A DNA stretch of 64,000 bases from NCBI GenBank assembly GCA_030390025.1, contig CM059453.1:6324001-6388000 (forward strand), in the 5' to 3' direction. The position numbers and the translations under genes were made by a program. The stretch is from Squalus acanthias (lineage: Eukaryota). The notes below the pieces were generated by a model. The model worked only from the letters and a program-made list of their open reading frames with translations. It did not search any database and was not told where the DNA came from. Shown one piece after another: positions 12,618 to 24,769 of this stretch. The stretch's first letter is position 1; each line of letters starts with the position of its first letter.

Positions 12618-13964
12618 ATTGAGTTTGGTGGAATGAAGGTAATTATGAATAAAATTCAAATTCTGATAATTGTGTAAGTTTTACATTTGGGATTGCACCG
12701 CATGTCAATAGGGGATTCCCGTCGTAAATGACTGCAATGTAATTCTCCTTTGTCATTGGAGGACCAGGCTCATGTGATCCCAGGTACGCTTCCGCATCGC
12801 CTGTGTCCCTGGGAAACGTGGGCCATTAGGCTGCACTCCGACACGAGGCCTGAGAACGCATCTTTTCGCAGCCTGGCCGCCAGCAGGTAATTTCGTAATT
12901 GTTTGGCGGGTCGGAGGCGTACACTGGAGGTACGCCTCTGACCTCAATTTCCAGCCCATCATTTATTTGGACATTTTTGATTTGAGCCCCCAATGTGCAT
13001 CTGGGCAAAAAAAAATCACAGCACCTGTCAATCTCTTTTCCAAACACTCCCGACAGACAACACGTGAATTTCTGCAAGCTTTTATTGATGATTTAATTGG
13101 CTCCAATCAGGCTCCGCCCGCAAAGCTGGCCGTGCATCAGGGTGAAATTGTGAGATTCGGCCAAGGCAGTACAAGATATCATGGAAATTTAAACGTAATT
13201 CAGCTACATGCAGGACGACTTACGCTCATGTTTTCCATCGTCGTTTACGCTGTTTCAAGATTTAATTTGCCCCAATCAGGATCCACCCAGAGAACTGGCC
13301 TTGCCCCCAGGGCGAAATCGCGAGATTGCGGTTGTTCTGCAATGAGCTTAAAATTGCTTTCATCTTCTTTGGTGTACAGGCAGTAGTCGGCATATTTTAA
13401 AAGTTTCCTCATGACAAAAATATTTAATTTTGAAGAAAACAACAAGACCAGTAAATGTATTAAATGTTTCAGGATCATATTTTCAGTCATTTGAAATCAG
13501 GTTACTCACAGGTGGAAGTCTGGTCACCCGTACGAAATAAGTTTACTTTTACTGATGAATCCATATTTACCTGTATTCATAAAACTGCACCAGTTGACAT
13601 TCTTAAAAGGAATTATATTTGATGGCAAAACAACTAATAATTGCATTCTAGTATAATCCCCAATTGTGCTGGTTCATGTATGATTTTATGTTTGTGATCT
13701 GCAAATGAATTTTAGCGGAAACCTGAAGCCTAACGTAAGCAGCGCAATTTTAAGTGCAACATTTCCTCTTTGGGCGTAATCTGGAAATTGCAACCGAATA
13801 CGCTTCAAATTGCGCTGGTTAGGTTTAGTATTTCCATATGTCAATGATTAATTCCTATCTCCACCTATATACCGGAAATAACTTATGGAAAGATGAATCA
13901 CTGTAATTTTACCCTGCTGGGATTAGTGGGACTGCAGTGCTTCAACTTCCGGGAGGGTGCAATT

Positions 13965-14435
13965 GGAGTGTCAGCTATGGCTCAGTTGGTAGCCCACTCG
14001 TCTCTGAATTAGAAGGTTGTGGATTCAAGTCTCACTCCAGGGACTTGAGCACCTAAAGCTAGGCTGACACTCCATTGCAGTGCTGAAGGAGTGCTGCACT
14101 GTCGGAGGTGCCGTCTTTCGGATGAGACTTTAAACCGAGGCCCCGTCTGCTCTCTCAGGTGGATGTAAAAGATCCTATGGCACTATTTCGAAGAGAGGCA
14201 GGGGAGTTATCGCTGGTGTCTTGGCCAATATTTATCCCTCAAGCGACGTAACAAAAACAGATTATCTGTTCATTATCACATTGCGGTTTGTGGGAGCTTG
14301 CTGTGCCCAAATTTGCTGCCGCATTTCCCACGTTACAACAGTGACTACACTCCAAAAGTACTTCATTGACTCCAAAGCGGTTTGAGACGTCCGGTAGTCG
14401 TGTAAGGCGCTATATAAATGCAAGTCTTCCTTTTT
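13965..14435 (+). mobile_element. DeuSINE (SacSINE1-like), near full length
   Basis: tRNA-like head with A/B boxes (TGGCTCAGTTGG; GATTCAAGTC), Deu core (GGAGGTGCCGTCTTTCGGATGAGAC..), tail GCGCTATATAAATGCAAGTC. Confidence 0.8.
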
Positions 14436-15204
14436 TTGAGTATCTACAGACAGTTCTCTTTAGAAATGAGGGCAAAAGTTTGACTGGAATTGCATCAGAT
14501 GCATTTTTTGAAACTTTATTAGTCTATCTTCCCAGTCACACGACGCGTGGTAGGTCAGAGAGTGTGGTAAACATTACCTGTCTCTGAGGACTTCTCATTG
14601 CCATTTTGCACCCTCTATTTCCTCTTTCGCTTCTCTCCCTCTCTCGTTCAATCGTTCTCTGATTCCTTGTGCTTCTCACCCATTAACTCTTTCCACTTCT
14701 GTCTCGCCCCCGTCTAACTCTCTGTATTTCTGTAACTTTCTTATGTCCTTTCAGTGTCACTGCTATTACAAGGTCCGGTGCGGAAAGTAGTCACCAATGC
14801 CTGTATTTTGAATTTGTCCTGAAAATTCAGGCAAAATGCGGTGACAACAACATCCTTCCCACCTGTTCCCCAATCATTTATGCTTCCCCAATCTCCTCAA
14901 TCCAATTACATCGCCTACTCCATCACCTTCTCACAACTCCCTCACGTTGCTATAATAGCCACACTACTAGAATTAACCATACCTCAGTCAACTTCCACTT
15001 GCTCCTTTAGTAGCCACCCTTCACTAGAACAGTTTGTCATAAGGGTAAAACCAGAGCTCCTTCTCTCGAAAATTGTTTTCCCGGTCTCCTTTCCCTCATG
15101 ATCCTATCCTGCTTTCCTCTTTCTGCCCCTCAAAGATGCACAGTTCGATCTCCAAATAAAACATTTTTTTATGAAAGCAAATTACCTTACAGTATTGAAG
15201 TAAA

Positions 15205-15511
15205 CCAGACAGACAGCCGATGATAGATAAATACATACAGGCATACAAAGAGAGAGAGAGAGAGAGATGAATAGATAGAAAGATAGATAGTCACAACAGC
15301 AAAGAAGGAGGGCATTCGGCCCATCGACTCCATGCCGGAAAAGTCGTCCCAGCTTTCGGGGAATTGAACCACGGTCTCCCACGGAACAGGCGTGGATACT
15401 CTCTACTACACTAACGAGAAAAATGACAGATAGATAGACAGAGAGAGAGACAGAGCGAGAGACAGAGAGACAGAGAGAGAGAGACAGACAGACAGGCAGA
15501 CACAGCCTGGC
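15205..15511. repeat. Compound GA/GATA/GACA microsatellite next to an assembly gap (N 15512-15642; paralogous gap 54470-55118)
   Basis: Seen directly in the sequence. Confidence 0.9.
15351..15420 (-). tRNA. tRNA-Asp-derived pseudogene (anticodon GTC changed to GTT)
   Basis: Minus strand TTCTCGTTAGTGTAGTAGAGAGTATCCACGCCTGTTCCGTGGGAGACCGTGGTTCAATTCCCCGA aligns without gaps to vertebrate tRNA-Asp(GTC). D-loop GG, anticodon loop and acceptor stem are damaged. Confidence 0.75.
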
Positions 15512-17529
15512 NNNNNNNNNNNNNNNNNNNNNNNNNNNNNNNNNNNNNNNNNNNNNNNNNNNNNNNNNNNNNNNNNNNNNNNNNNNNNNNNNNNNNNNNN
15601 NNNNNNNNNNNNNNNNNNNNNNNNNNNNNNNNNNNNNNNNNNTAGTAATCCATTGTGCTATATCTTCAATTACAACCCGCCACAAAAGTGGAGCTATGGA
15701 TTTTCCGTTAATTTGTTTAATATTAATGGACATTCCAATTACAACGGCCGAGCTCATGTTAATAATCTACAACGATGTATTTTCAATGTGCTAATTAGAA
15801 TTCCTATGCTATTCTGACACAGTGATATCACAACACTAGTTTCTCCCTTGTACCGATTCTCAGATTACCATTTCAAGTTGTGTATGTGTTTAGCATTGGT
15901 CAGTTATTTTCACACAATATTAATCTAAGGCTAGTAAATTATTCATGCACAACTATCACACCGCGCCATTTAAAACCATTTGTACATGGTCAAACAATAT
16001 AATTTAAAGGCTCTAAATGTTCCATTTCTTATCGTGCAATCAAAACTCGGTTAATCAAAGAGAAGAATTCCATCTGTATCACTTGAATGAAGCTTTGAGC
16101 TCATCGGTTCTCATTTTGAATATGCATGAATCTATGGACTGCTGCATGTTGGAAATGCAGAACCAGCAATAAACTAATGCGAATATTGTCGATTCTTATT
16201 AATAGTCTTAATTCAGGAAAAGACTGGGTCCAATGGGCAAACATTGCGCTTGGAGGTGTACCTCCAGCGAACGCCTCCGACTGGTGAAAAAAAATATGCA
16301 CCTAACTGATGGCGACGAGGCTGCAAAAACTTGCGGTGTTAGGATGCGAGGCGGAGGGCTGTGAAAGGGCTTTAAGATTCCAGGGAAGTCGGCCTCAGTG
16401 TACCTGGAGTCACGTGGGCCTGGTCCTCCACTCACAAAGCAGAATTCGATTTTAATCATTTCTGAGTGGAATCCCGTAATGAGATGTAATAGAATCCCGA
16501 AATCTAATCTAATTACAATTTACAAAAATTGGAGTTCAGACCGTAATTAGCTTCATTCCACCAATATTTAATTTTTTCATAATAATTTTCAACGTCTTTA
16601 AAAGTCTAATCTGGGACAATATTTGCGGAAACTCATTTTATACAGTGTACGTGGAGAATTTACGATCTTAAAATGTTTCAATCATGCCTGAAAAATCCCC
16701 TTACGCAGATGCACACATACCCTTCGCCTGTGCGCATCAACCTTAAAATTTCCGTGTGCAATTTCTGGCAAGCAATTGCTTTCTCTTGGTCCGTGCGGCT
16801 GTCCTGTCAACACGTAAGCTGACAGACCGCAAAATCCAGAAAGCGCATGCAGAAATCCCGAACTTGCGGTGGATTTCAAAGTAGGAATTGCACCATAACA
16901 AACCCCGCAACACCAACTACAAAATCCGAGCCAGTATAATATATTGTGGCAAAAGTGCAAAGTGAGAGAACGAATCATTACATCGCCTATCTTCAGCAAT
17001 TGAAAACTAACTCAGTGAAATGCGATGGGATATATTTTTGTTGATAGCTTTAAGAGTTTGATATGGAGAGTTTGAGCAGTGCCATGGATAGGGAATAGGA
17101 CAAACATCAAAATGGGTCATCTATAATTCATCGTTAAACTGACAGTAATTCAGAGCGAGGCGACAAAGGCGTGAAACTATTTAAATGTCAAACTTCTGCA
17201 GGAGAGCTGTTGAACTGGGACTGTTGTAAACGTAACTGAGACAAGAGATGCAACGTGTGATGTGTGCATTGGCACCAGCAATGGTCCCTGAAGATTATCT
17301 CCAATTTGTATTCCCACTGAAATCGAAAAGATTTGAAGACAGACCGCAAACCAGACAAAAGTATTGTCTAATGGATCCAATCTAGCAGTTTGCACTGTTT
17401 ATAAATGGGGAAAAGCACAACTAAATATCGGTCATATGCTGAAATCTAACTCAGAGATTCGAATGCCTTATGTGTACATTATCACATATCGAACAAGGAC
17501 TTCGCGATTGGATTCTGATATAATGTTTT

Positions 17530-18012
17530 GGGTGTTTTATATGTAGAATAACAGATACCTGGGAGTGAGTTACAGGCTGGAATCTAATGGAGTGTTATGG
17601 GGGTTTATATATAGAATAACAGATACCTGGGAGTGAGTTACAAGCTGGAATCTAATCGAGGATTTCGGGTGGTTTATATACAGAATAATAGAAACCCGGG
17701 AGTGAGTTACAGGCTGGAAACTAATCGAGTGGTTCGGGGGGTTTATATATAGAATAACAGATACCCGGTAGTGAGTTAGAGGCTGGAATCTAATCGAGGG
17801 TTTCGGGGGGTTTATATATAGAATAATAGATACCTGGGACTGAGTTCCAGGCTGGAATCTAATCGAGGGGTTCGGGGGTTGATATACAGAACTACAGAAA
17901 CCCAGGAGTGAGTTACAGGCTGGAATCTAATCGTGCAGTCGGGGGATTTATATATAGAATAACAGATACCCGGGAGTGAGTTACAGTTTGGAATCTAATC
18001 GAGGGGTTCGGG
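17530..18012 (+). repeat. ~68-bp minisatellite, ~7 copies
   Basis: Unit TAGAATAACAGATACCCGGGAGTGAGTTACAGGCTGGAATCTAATCGAGGGGTTCGGGGGTTTATATA. Confidence 0.92.
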
Positions 18013-18622
18013 TTAATTATATCCTAATTGCCTCGCTGGTTTATATCACACCTAACACATGAGGTCTGAGAGTGAAGTCTGAGCCATGTATAATCTGCTA
18101 CCATGCTTCAATCGCAGGTCTGTGCCAGGCTGGCAGCCACCGCACTATGAATGACATCGACGTTGAATGGAATGAAACAGCCACTGATCCAATTCCTGAT
18201 CACTGTCGAGTGACCCCTTCCCACCTGTTCACCGTGCCCGTATCTTGGCTGAGTAAATCCAGGACCAGGAACAACTGTGAGTACGGAGCTCACTGGCAGT
18301 CAGTGCGCTTGAGGAACCAACGTCCACTGGATCCAAGAGAACAATTGAAAGTCCTATAACCGTGCGCTGGCGGAGTAGAAATTAATCGCAGGCGGTAGCG
18401 TAAAACTGGCTTTATCGCATCGCAGGGAATTAAATAGTAAGAGTGGCGTATGAGAGGCGACCGTTCCGTTATGCGCTTCTATGCAAGACAAATCCCAATC
18501 CTATGTGTTCTGAAACGGAAGGATACATTTGGAAGGGAAAAGAACAGTCAGTTGGTTGTAAATAGCTTTCGATCTCCCGTGTACTGACAGTGTGTCACGT
18601 GATTAAATACGGTGGACACACC

Positions 18623-18654
18623 GCGCCACCTACTGGTCGTAGCCAGGTACTGCA
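18623..18654 (-). promoter_or_regulatory. Candidate CTCF site with upstream motif
   Basis: Minus strand TGCAGTACC-TGGCTA-CGACCAGTAGGTGGCGC matches the core CCASYAGRKGGCRC plus the ZF9-11 upstream motif. Confidence 0.7.
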
Positions 18655-18814
18655 CATCCATCCGAACTCGCCATAATAACTATATTTACATGTCGCTAAC
18701 AAACAGAATGCCAAGGTAAGAGAGACCACTGTGAGTCTCTCTATCCCCGTATGTTTTGTTTCCTAACAATGATTCTGTTTAAATCGAAGCAGAAAACGTT
18801 TTTGGTACCGTTTT

Positions 18815-19260
18815 ACCACGTGTTCTTTGTGCATCTCTATCACGTGTTCTTTATCTATCTGTACCCCATGTTCTTATTGGATCTGTACCACGTTTCCTTT
18901 GTGTAACTGTACCACGTGTTCTTTGTGCACCTGTACCTCCTGTTCTTTGTCTATCACTAACACGTGTTCTTATTGGATCAGTACCAAGTGTTATTTTGTA
19001 TCTGTACTACGTGTTCTATGAGTATCTGTACCACCTGTTCTTTGTTTATCTCTACCAGGTGTTCTTATTGGATCGGTACCACGTGTTCTTGGTGTATATG
19101 TACCACGTGTTCTTTGTGTATCTGTACCACGTGCTCTTATTGGATCGGTTCCACGTTTTCTTGGTGTATCTGTACCAAGTGTTCTTCGTCTACCTGTAGC
19201 ACGTGTTATTTCTGTATCTGTACCAAGTGTTCTCTTTTATATGCAGCACGTGTTCTTTCT
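18815..19260 (+). repeat. 24-bp minisatellite, ~18 copies
   Basis: Unit TGTACCACGTGTTCTTTGTGTATC. Confidence 0.92.
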
Positions 19261-19711
19261 GTTGCCAAAACACGAGCGAATATGCAGCTATTAAATTTAC
19301 CTGAAAAGGACCAGAACTTATAGAGGACGCTTCCCTGAATTTCTAAAATTTCAGTTTATTTGTAAAAAGGAACCAATTATTACAACGAAGAGATACGACA
19401 AGCTTTTACATTCAAGACATTGGAAAAGCTCGTTGTTCTTGCTTGCAGTATTTTCCCTAATATTCTCCACTTCCAACTTGAACGCTTGCTGGAGTACGAT
19501 TTCTCCAATCTCTCGCTTAAGCTGCTCTTTTGCAGATGCATTGCTTCACCATGACGTTTCTCCCGCGGCCCAATACCTCGGAGTCTGCTCCTGTCCTCAC
19601 TGGATATCGAAAAGGCTACTTGCAGCAGTCTTCACTGAACAGCGATAAATACTATGGATGAATTGCCCCTCTCTAACCCAGGGCTCCGAGTCCATTTGGA
19701 TTCCCTCAGCC

Positions 19712-20100
19712 AAGATAAAATTCTGACAGCGCTAGACAGACTGGATGCAGGGAGGAAGTTTCCTCTGGCTGGGGGCTCTAGACCGAGGTGTCACAGTCTC
19801 AGGATAGGGGGTAGGACATTTAGGGCTGAGATGAGGAGAAATGTCTTCACTCAGAGGGTAGTGAACCTGTGGAATTCTCTACCACAGAAGGCTGTCGAGG
19901 CCAAGTCACTGAATATATTTAAGAAGGAGATAGATATATTTCCAGACGCAAAAGAGGTCAAGGGGTATGGGGAGAGAGCGTGAATATGGTATTCAGATAC
20001 AGGATCAGCCATGATCATAATAAATGGCGGAGCAGGCTCGAAGGGCCGAATCGCCTACTTCAGCTCCTATTTCTCCATGTTTCTTTCTAGGTTTCTATGA
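19712..20100 (+). mobile_element. CR1 LINE 3' fragment
   Basis: [19 protein letters not shown] plus tail AATGGCGGAGCAGGCTCGAAGGGCCGAAT. Confidence 0.85.
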
Positions 20101-20624
20101 GCGACTTGATTACTTTCGGAACTGCATTGCTCAACTGCATCGGTTAAAGCCATTGAGAGCAATTGTGCGATGCAACTCACTGGCACCCCCCGTGCAACCT
20201 AAAGCTGTTTTAATGCATAAGGAGGAAGCGTCCGCGAACGAAGGAAAGGGGAGTAACGGGAAACCGTGCATTCTGGCCTCAAAGATGCCACATTTCAAAG
20301 TGTCCAACCGATAGATACAATGTAAGGGAAGTCTGACGGACACTTCACAGCCTTCTCATCGGATTAGACATGTTAAACAAGCTGTACACTTATGGAAGTT
20401 TTGGACCAATCGGTGCAGTGCAGACCCATGTTGCGGCCTGTGAACACAAAAAAATTCAAGCTACTTACTTTGTGCTGACTATTGCCTGTTATTGAATTAC
20501 TCTGAGCTGCTTCAACCTTATTATGCAATGTATTAATAGACTATTAAACAGGAGAGACAACCGGGATATTAAAGTGCTTTCACTGTAAGGATGATTCGTA
20601 AACATTTTTAGGGCAATTTGCAGT

Positions 20625-21018
20625 TCCCCATAGTGGTTGTGTTGCTGCAGTAGTAAACCAGAGGCCTGGACGTCTGATCCGGAGACATGAGTTCAAATCC
20701 ACCACGGCAGCTGGTGGAATTCCAATTCAGTTCATTAAATAAATCTGGAATAGAAAGCTAGTATCAGTAATGCTGACCATGAAACTACCGGATAGTCGGA
20801 AAAACCCAATTGGTTCACTAATGTCCTTTAGGGAAGGAAATCTGCCGTTCAAACACGGTCTGGCCTGCATGTGACTCCCGAACCCCAGCAATGTGGTTAA
20901 CTTTTAACTGCCCTCTGAAATGGTGTAGCAAGCCACTCAGTTAAGGGCAATTAGGGTTAGGCAATAAATGCTGGCCTTGACAGCGACGCCCACATCCCGT
21001 GAAGGAATAAAAAAAAAT
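20625..21018 (+). mobile_element. tRNA-derived SINE whose 3' tail matches the LINE at 47907-48512
   Basis: B-box GAGTTCAAATCC, core GGTTCACTAATGTCCTTTAGGGAAGG, tail GGGCAATTAGGG..GCAATAAATGCTGGCC..GCCCACATCCC followed by polyA. Confidence 0.7.
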
Positions 21019-21469
21019 ATTGCACCTGTTTTAAGAAGGCGCCTCAGCACCACCTTCTCAAGGGAAACTTGGGATGCCGGATTTGCCAGCGACACCCACT
21101 GCCGAGACTCATTTTTAAAATGTCCCTGCATTTTTCCACTGCCAATTTTAGAATTATGCCCCCTTCTGATCATCTTGTTTCTTCTTGAAATGTGATTCCA
21201 GCCGGTAGCTCTCCAATAATCAGATCTCAGCTTGCAAGCATCAAAGCGAGTGTCAGCAGGATTTTTAACAGGAGCGGGAGCCCTGACTGACCTTTAAGTG
21301 CCTAACCCAGTTGAGCTAGACAGCGGACAGACTAATTGCTGTAGTGGTCCTTGGTTTTTCAACTGTTGGACAAACTAAAATCGCAATTTAAATTGCAGTT
21401 TGTTGTAATTTCTCTGATTCCTCCTGCAGCTCGAGCTCTTGCTTGTTCCATGTTCTGTGTGAATGAAGG

Positions 21470-22109
21470 TCACCGTATGAATGGACATCGCGCAACAATC
21501 ACCAGGCAGGAGTGTTCCCTCCCAGTCGGGGAGCACTTCAGCAGTCAAGGACATTCAGCCTCGGATCTGCGGGTAAGCGTTCTCCAAGCCGGCCTTAGAA
21601 ACACACGACAACGCAAAATCATCGAGCAGAAACTGATAGCCAAGTTCCGTACTCATGAGGACGGCCTCAACCGGGATCTTGGGTTTATGTCACGATACAT
21701 GACGTGATCCAGACTCGACTCGTCGCTGGCTTGTACACAGATGTGATTCCCAGTAAAAAAGTACAAATTTTAAAATTTATCGTTTCCCATACCGACTGCG
21801 GCTTTTGACACATTGGACCCCCTGTGACTCCACCTCATTGTCTCAGTTGTATCATGCTATGTCTTTGATGTGGTACCTTCCTGGCTGACCTGATTGCCTT
21901 TTGTCACACCTCGGCAGATAAACAGTCAGGAGGATTAAATGTATTCGTCTGCCATTGTAAGTTACACATGCATTGTTCTCTATCTATATATGCTTTGGCG
22001 ATTCTGCATTTCTTTACTTCACCTGAGGAAGGGGCCACGTAAGCTCCGAAAGCTTGTGATTTCAAATAAAACTGTAGGACTATAACCTGGCGTTGTGCGA
22101 CTTCTCATT
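21470..22109 (+). mobile_element. Penelope-like element 3' fragment with 14-bp target-site duplication
   Basis: GIY-YIG C-terminus (RMNGHR..EQKLIAKFRTHEDGLNRD); TGTGTGAATGAAGG at 21456-21469 and 22110-22123. Confidence 0.88.
22019..22059 (+). ncRNA. Minimal hammerhead ribozyme motif (Penelope)
   Basis: TCAC-CTGAGGA-A-GGGGC..GCTCC-GAAAGCTT-GTGA. Confidence 0.7.
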
Positions 22110-22194
22110 TGTGTGAATGAAGGCTTCGCAACCCAACAACGCCACGCCGACAGCATCACAAAGGCGTACTTTCACTGTATCATCAGACACATCT

Positions 22195-22510
22195 CACAGA
22201 ATCACAGAATCCCCACAGTGCAGATAGAGGCCATTTCGGCCCATTGAGCCTGCACCGACACATATCCCACCCTGTCCCCGTAACCCCACTTATTTAATCT
22301 CCCCCTAACACTAAGGGTAAATTTATCATAGCAAATCAACATAACCCGCACATCTTTGGACTGTGGGAGGAAACCGGAGCACCCGGAGGAAACCCACACA
22401 GACACGGGGAGAATGTGCAAACTCCACACAGACAGTCACCCGAGGCCGGATTCGAACTCGGGTCCCTGGCGCTGTGAGGCAACAGTGCTAACCACTATGC
22501 CACCGTGCTG
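22195..22510 (-). mobile_element. HE1-like V-SINE
   Basis: tRNA head, V-domain GTGTGGGTTTCCTCCGGGTGCTCCGGTTTCCTCCCACAGTCCAAAGA, CR1-type tail. Confidence 0.88.
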
Positions 22511-23059
22511 ATTCCAACAAGGGCAGAAATCCCCCATCTTGCGCAGACAAACTGCCAGTTTACCTCACCCTCCCCAACATCGACTGTTTAATATGTACAG
22601 GTGCGTTGACCGAAGCAGATGTGGCTGGAGAATGTGCTCTGCTTGATGCGATGCACTTGCTTCCTTTGTCCGTTATATGGCGTGCGCTGTGATCTGGTCG
22701 CTTTGTGCACAACCTGTCGAAGCGCCACCAAAGACCATTTAAACCAATTTGCAGAGCAAGCACAGGAAGATTCAGTTAGCTGAAGGGTATCTTAACCAGG
22801 AAACACAGTAAATCTTGCAAAGCTCCTGTCGGAATGTCTGTTCCGTTTATCAATACCTCCTGGGTGCATTATGTTGAATTAACGCTATGTTTGGCGATTT
22901 AACAAGGTGACTCTTTGCTTCACTTCATGAATAATATCTGGTTGCCGTTTGAACACTGAGTCATTTTATGGCAATCAACCTGCTTTCTAAATGTAATGGG
23001 GATATTGGAATCTGTGACACTGTGGCGGCAAATAAATTGATGCAAACAAATACAAAAGC

Positions 23060-23605
23060 AAATTATTGTGCAGGCTGGAAATCTGAAATTAAAACAAAAA
23101 ATTCTGGACATACTCAACAGCTCAGGTAGCATCCGTGGAGAGAGAAACAGAGTTAACGTTTCAGGTCGATGAGCTTTTGTCAGAACTGGAAAACTTTTGA
23201 GATGTAACAGGTTTTAAGCAAGTGCAGATGCAGGGAAAGGGGGAGGGGAGGAAAGAACAAAAGGGAAGGTGTGTGAAAGGGTGGAAGGCAGGCGAGATTT
23301 TATGACAAAAAGCATGATGGTGCGAGGCGAAAGGAGGTGGTAATGGAGCAAGTAAATAAAGAGAAGATGGATTTAGAGGAGGTGTAAATGGGAATAGCAG
23401 AATCACCAGCAACAGCTTCCGTCCGAAAAAATGCGGGCAGAGGTAATGGACTGAAAATTGGAACTCAATGTTGAGTCCGGAACGCTGTAAAGTGCCTAAT
23501 CGAAAGATGAGGTGCTGTTCCTCGAGCTTCCATTGAGCTTCATTGGAACAGTGTAGGAGGCGGAGGACAGAGAGGTCAGAGTGGGAATGGGGAGCTGAAT
23601 TAAAG
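23060..23605 (-). mobile_element. Second Penelope-like family, 3' fragment
   Basis: KLEEQHLIFRLGTLQRSGLNIEF; degenerate hammerhead at 23151-23187. Confidence 0.78.
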
Positions 23606-24084
23606 TTTGTTTCTTGCTTTACAAACCGGTAGGGAATGTAGTGAGAGTAATCCAGAGAACAAGAGTTCAAATCCAAACATGGCAGTTTGAGAATGTGAAA
23701 GCAGGTTTTACAAATCTGCACATAAAAAAGCTGGAATCTCTGCACTTGCTTGTAGCTGGTGAATGCCACTCAGTCGAATCAAACTCAGTGCGGCCATGGA
23801 TGAGAATTAAATACATTCTTTGCCATCGTCTATCTAGGTAGCGTGTCGAAAATTATTCTAATCATGAAGCTCATGTTGAATTAATCGCAGACCCGCCTCT
23901 TTATAATTCCAACCTTTCAGAATGATACCGATGGAATCAAAATAAATAGAAAGTTTAGCTGCAGTAGTGAAGGAAACTGGTGGAAGTTGACTGGAAGGTG
24001 TAGGTTTATTACACTGGGCTGTGAGAGTGTGCAAATCGAACCCCACAACCGACAGAGAGAGTCAACGGTATCCGGCAGGGCTAT

Positions 24085-24745
24085 TTAACTGCATGCAGTT
24101 TTGGTGTCCATACTTAAGAAAAGACATACTTGCTCTCGAGGCAGTACAAAGAAGGTTCACTCGGTTAATCCCGGGGATGAGGAGGTGGACATATGAGGAG
24201 AGGTTGAGTAGATTGGAACTCTACTCATTGGAGTTCAGAAGAATGAGAGGCGATCTTATTGAAACATATCAGATTGTGAAGGGGCTTGATTGGGTGGATG
24301 CGGTAAGGATGTTCCCAAGGTTGGGTGGAACTAGAACTAGGGGGCATAGTCTTAGAATAAGGGGCTGCTGTTTCAAAACTGAGATGAGGAGAAACTTCTT
24401 CAGTCAGAGGGTAGTAGGTCTGTGGAATTTGCTGCCCCAGGAAGCTGTGGAAGCTACATCATTAAATAAATGTAAAGCAGAAATAGATCGTTTCCCAGAG
24501 GTAAAGGGAATTATGGGTTACGGGGAGCGGGCAGGAAATTGGACATGAGGCTGAGTTCGGATCGGTAAAGGCCCTGTGGGTGGCGAGGCGGACCCAGGGG
24601 CTGAGTGGCTGGGTCCTGCTCCTAATTCTTGTGTCTTGGATTTGAGGTTAGGATCAGATCAGCCATGATCTTATTGAATGGCGGAGCAGGCTCGAGCGGC
24701 CGATTGGCCTACTCCTACTCCTATTTCTTATGTTCTTATCTTCTT
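24085..24745 (+). mobile_element. CR1 LINE 3' fragment
   Basis: QFWCPYLRKDILALEAVQRRFTRLIPG..RGDLIETY; tail ends in a TTCTTATG repeat. Confidence 0.88.
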
Positions 24746-24769
24746 GTGTTAACAACATAATAGGGAGGG

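Larger units (their letters stand above)
1..18434 (+). repeat. Segmental duplication copy 1 (paralogous to ~40650-64000)
   Basis: Colinear similarity in exons, introns and downstream DNA (723 vs 41365; 18420-18434 vs 63986-64000). Confidence 0.93.

Noticed and set aside
10557-13386. Short GC-rich ORFs downstream of genes A and B
   Set aside because: They lie in MITE arms and have no recognisable domain or splice context.
15351-15420. Functional tRNA with a switched (Asn) anticodon
   Set aside because: Broken acceptor stem, lost D-loop GG and an altered anticodon loop indicate a pseudogene.
15182-15757. ORFs spanning N gaps (also 54397-55233)
   Set aside because: Artefacts of assembly gaps and microsatellites.
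17530-18012. CRISPR-like repeat arrays (also 32764-33142, 24820-24983, 62905-63560)
   Set aside because: Head-to-tail units without unique spacers, no cas genes, and a vertebrate context; these are minisatellites.
18827-19323. Cys-rich metallothionein/keratin-associated-like ORFs (CTTCSLCI repeats)
   Set aside because: Translation artefact of a 24-bp tandem repeat, which is open in several frames.
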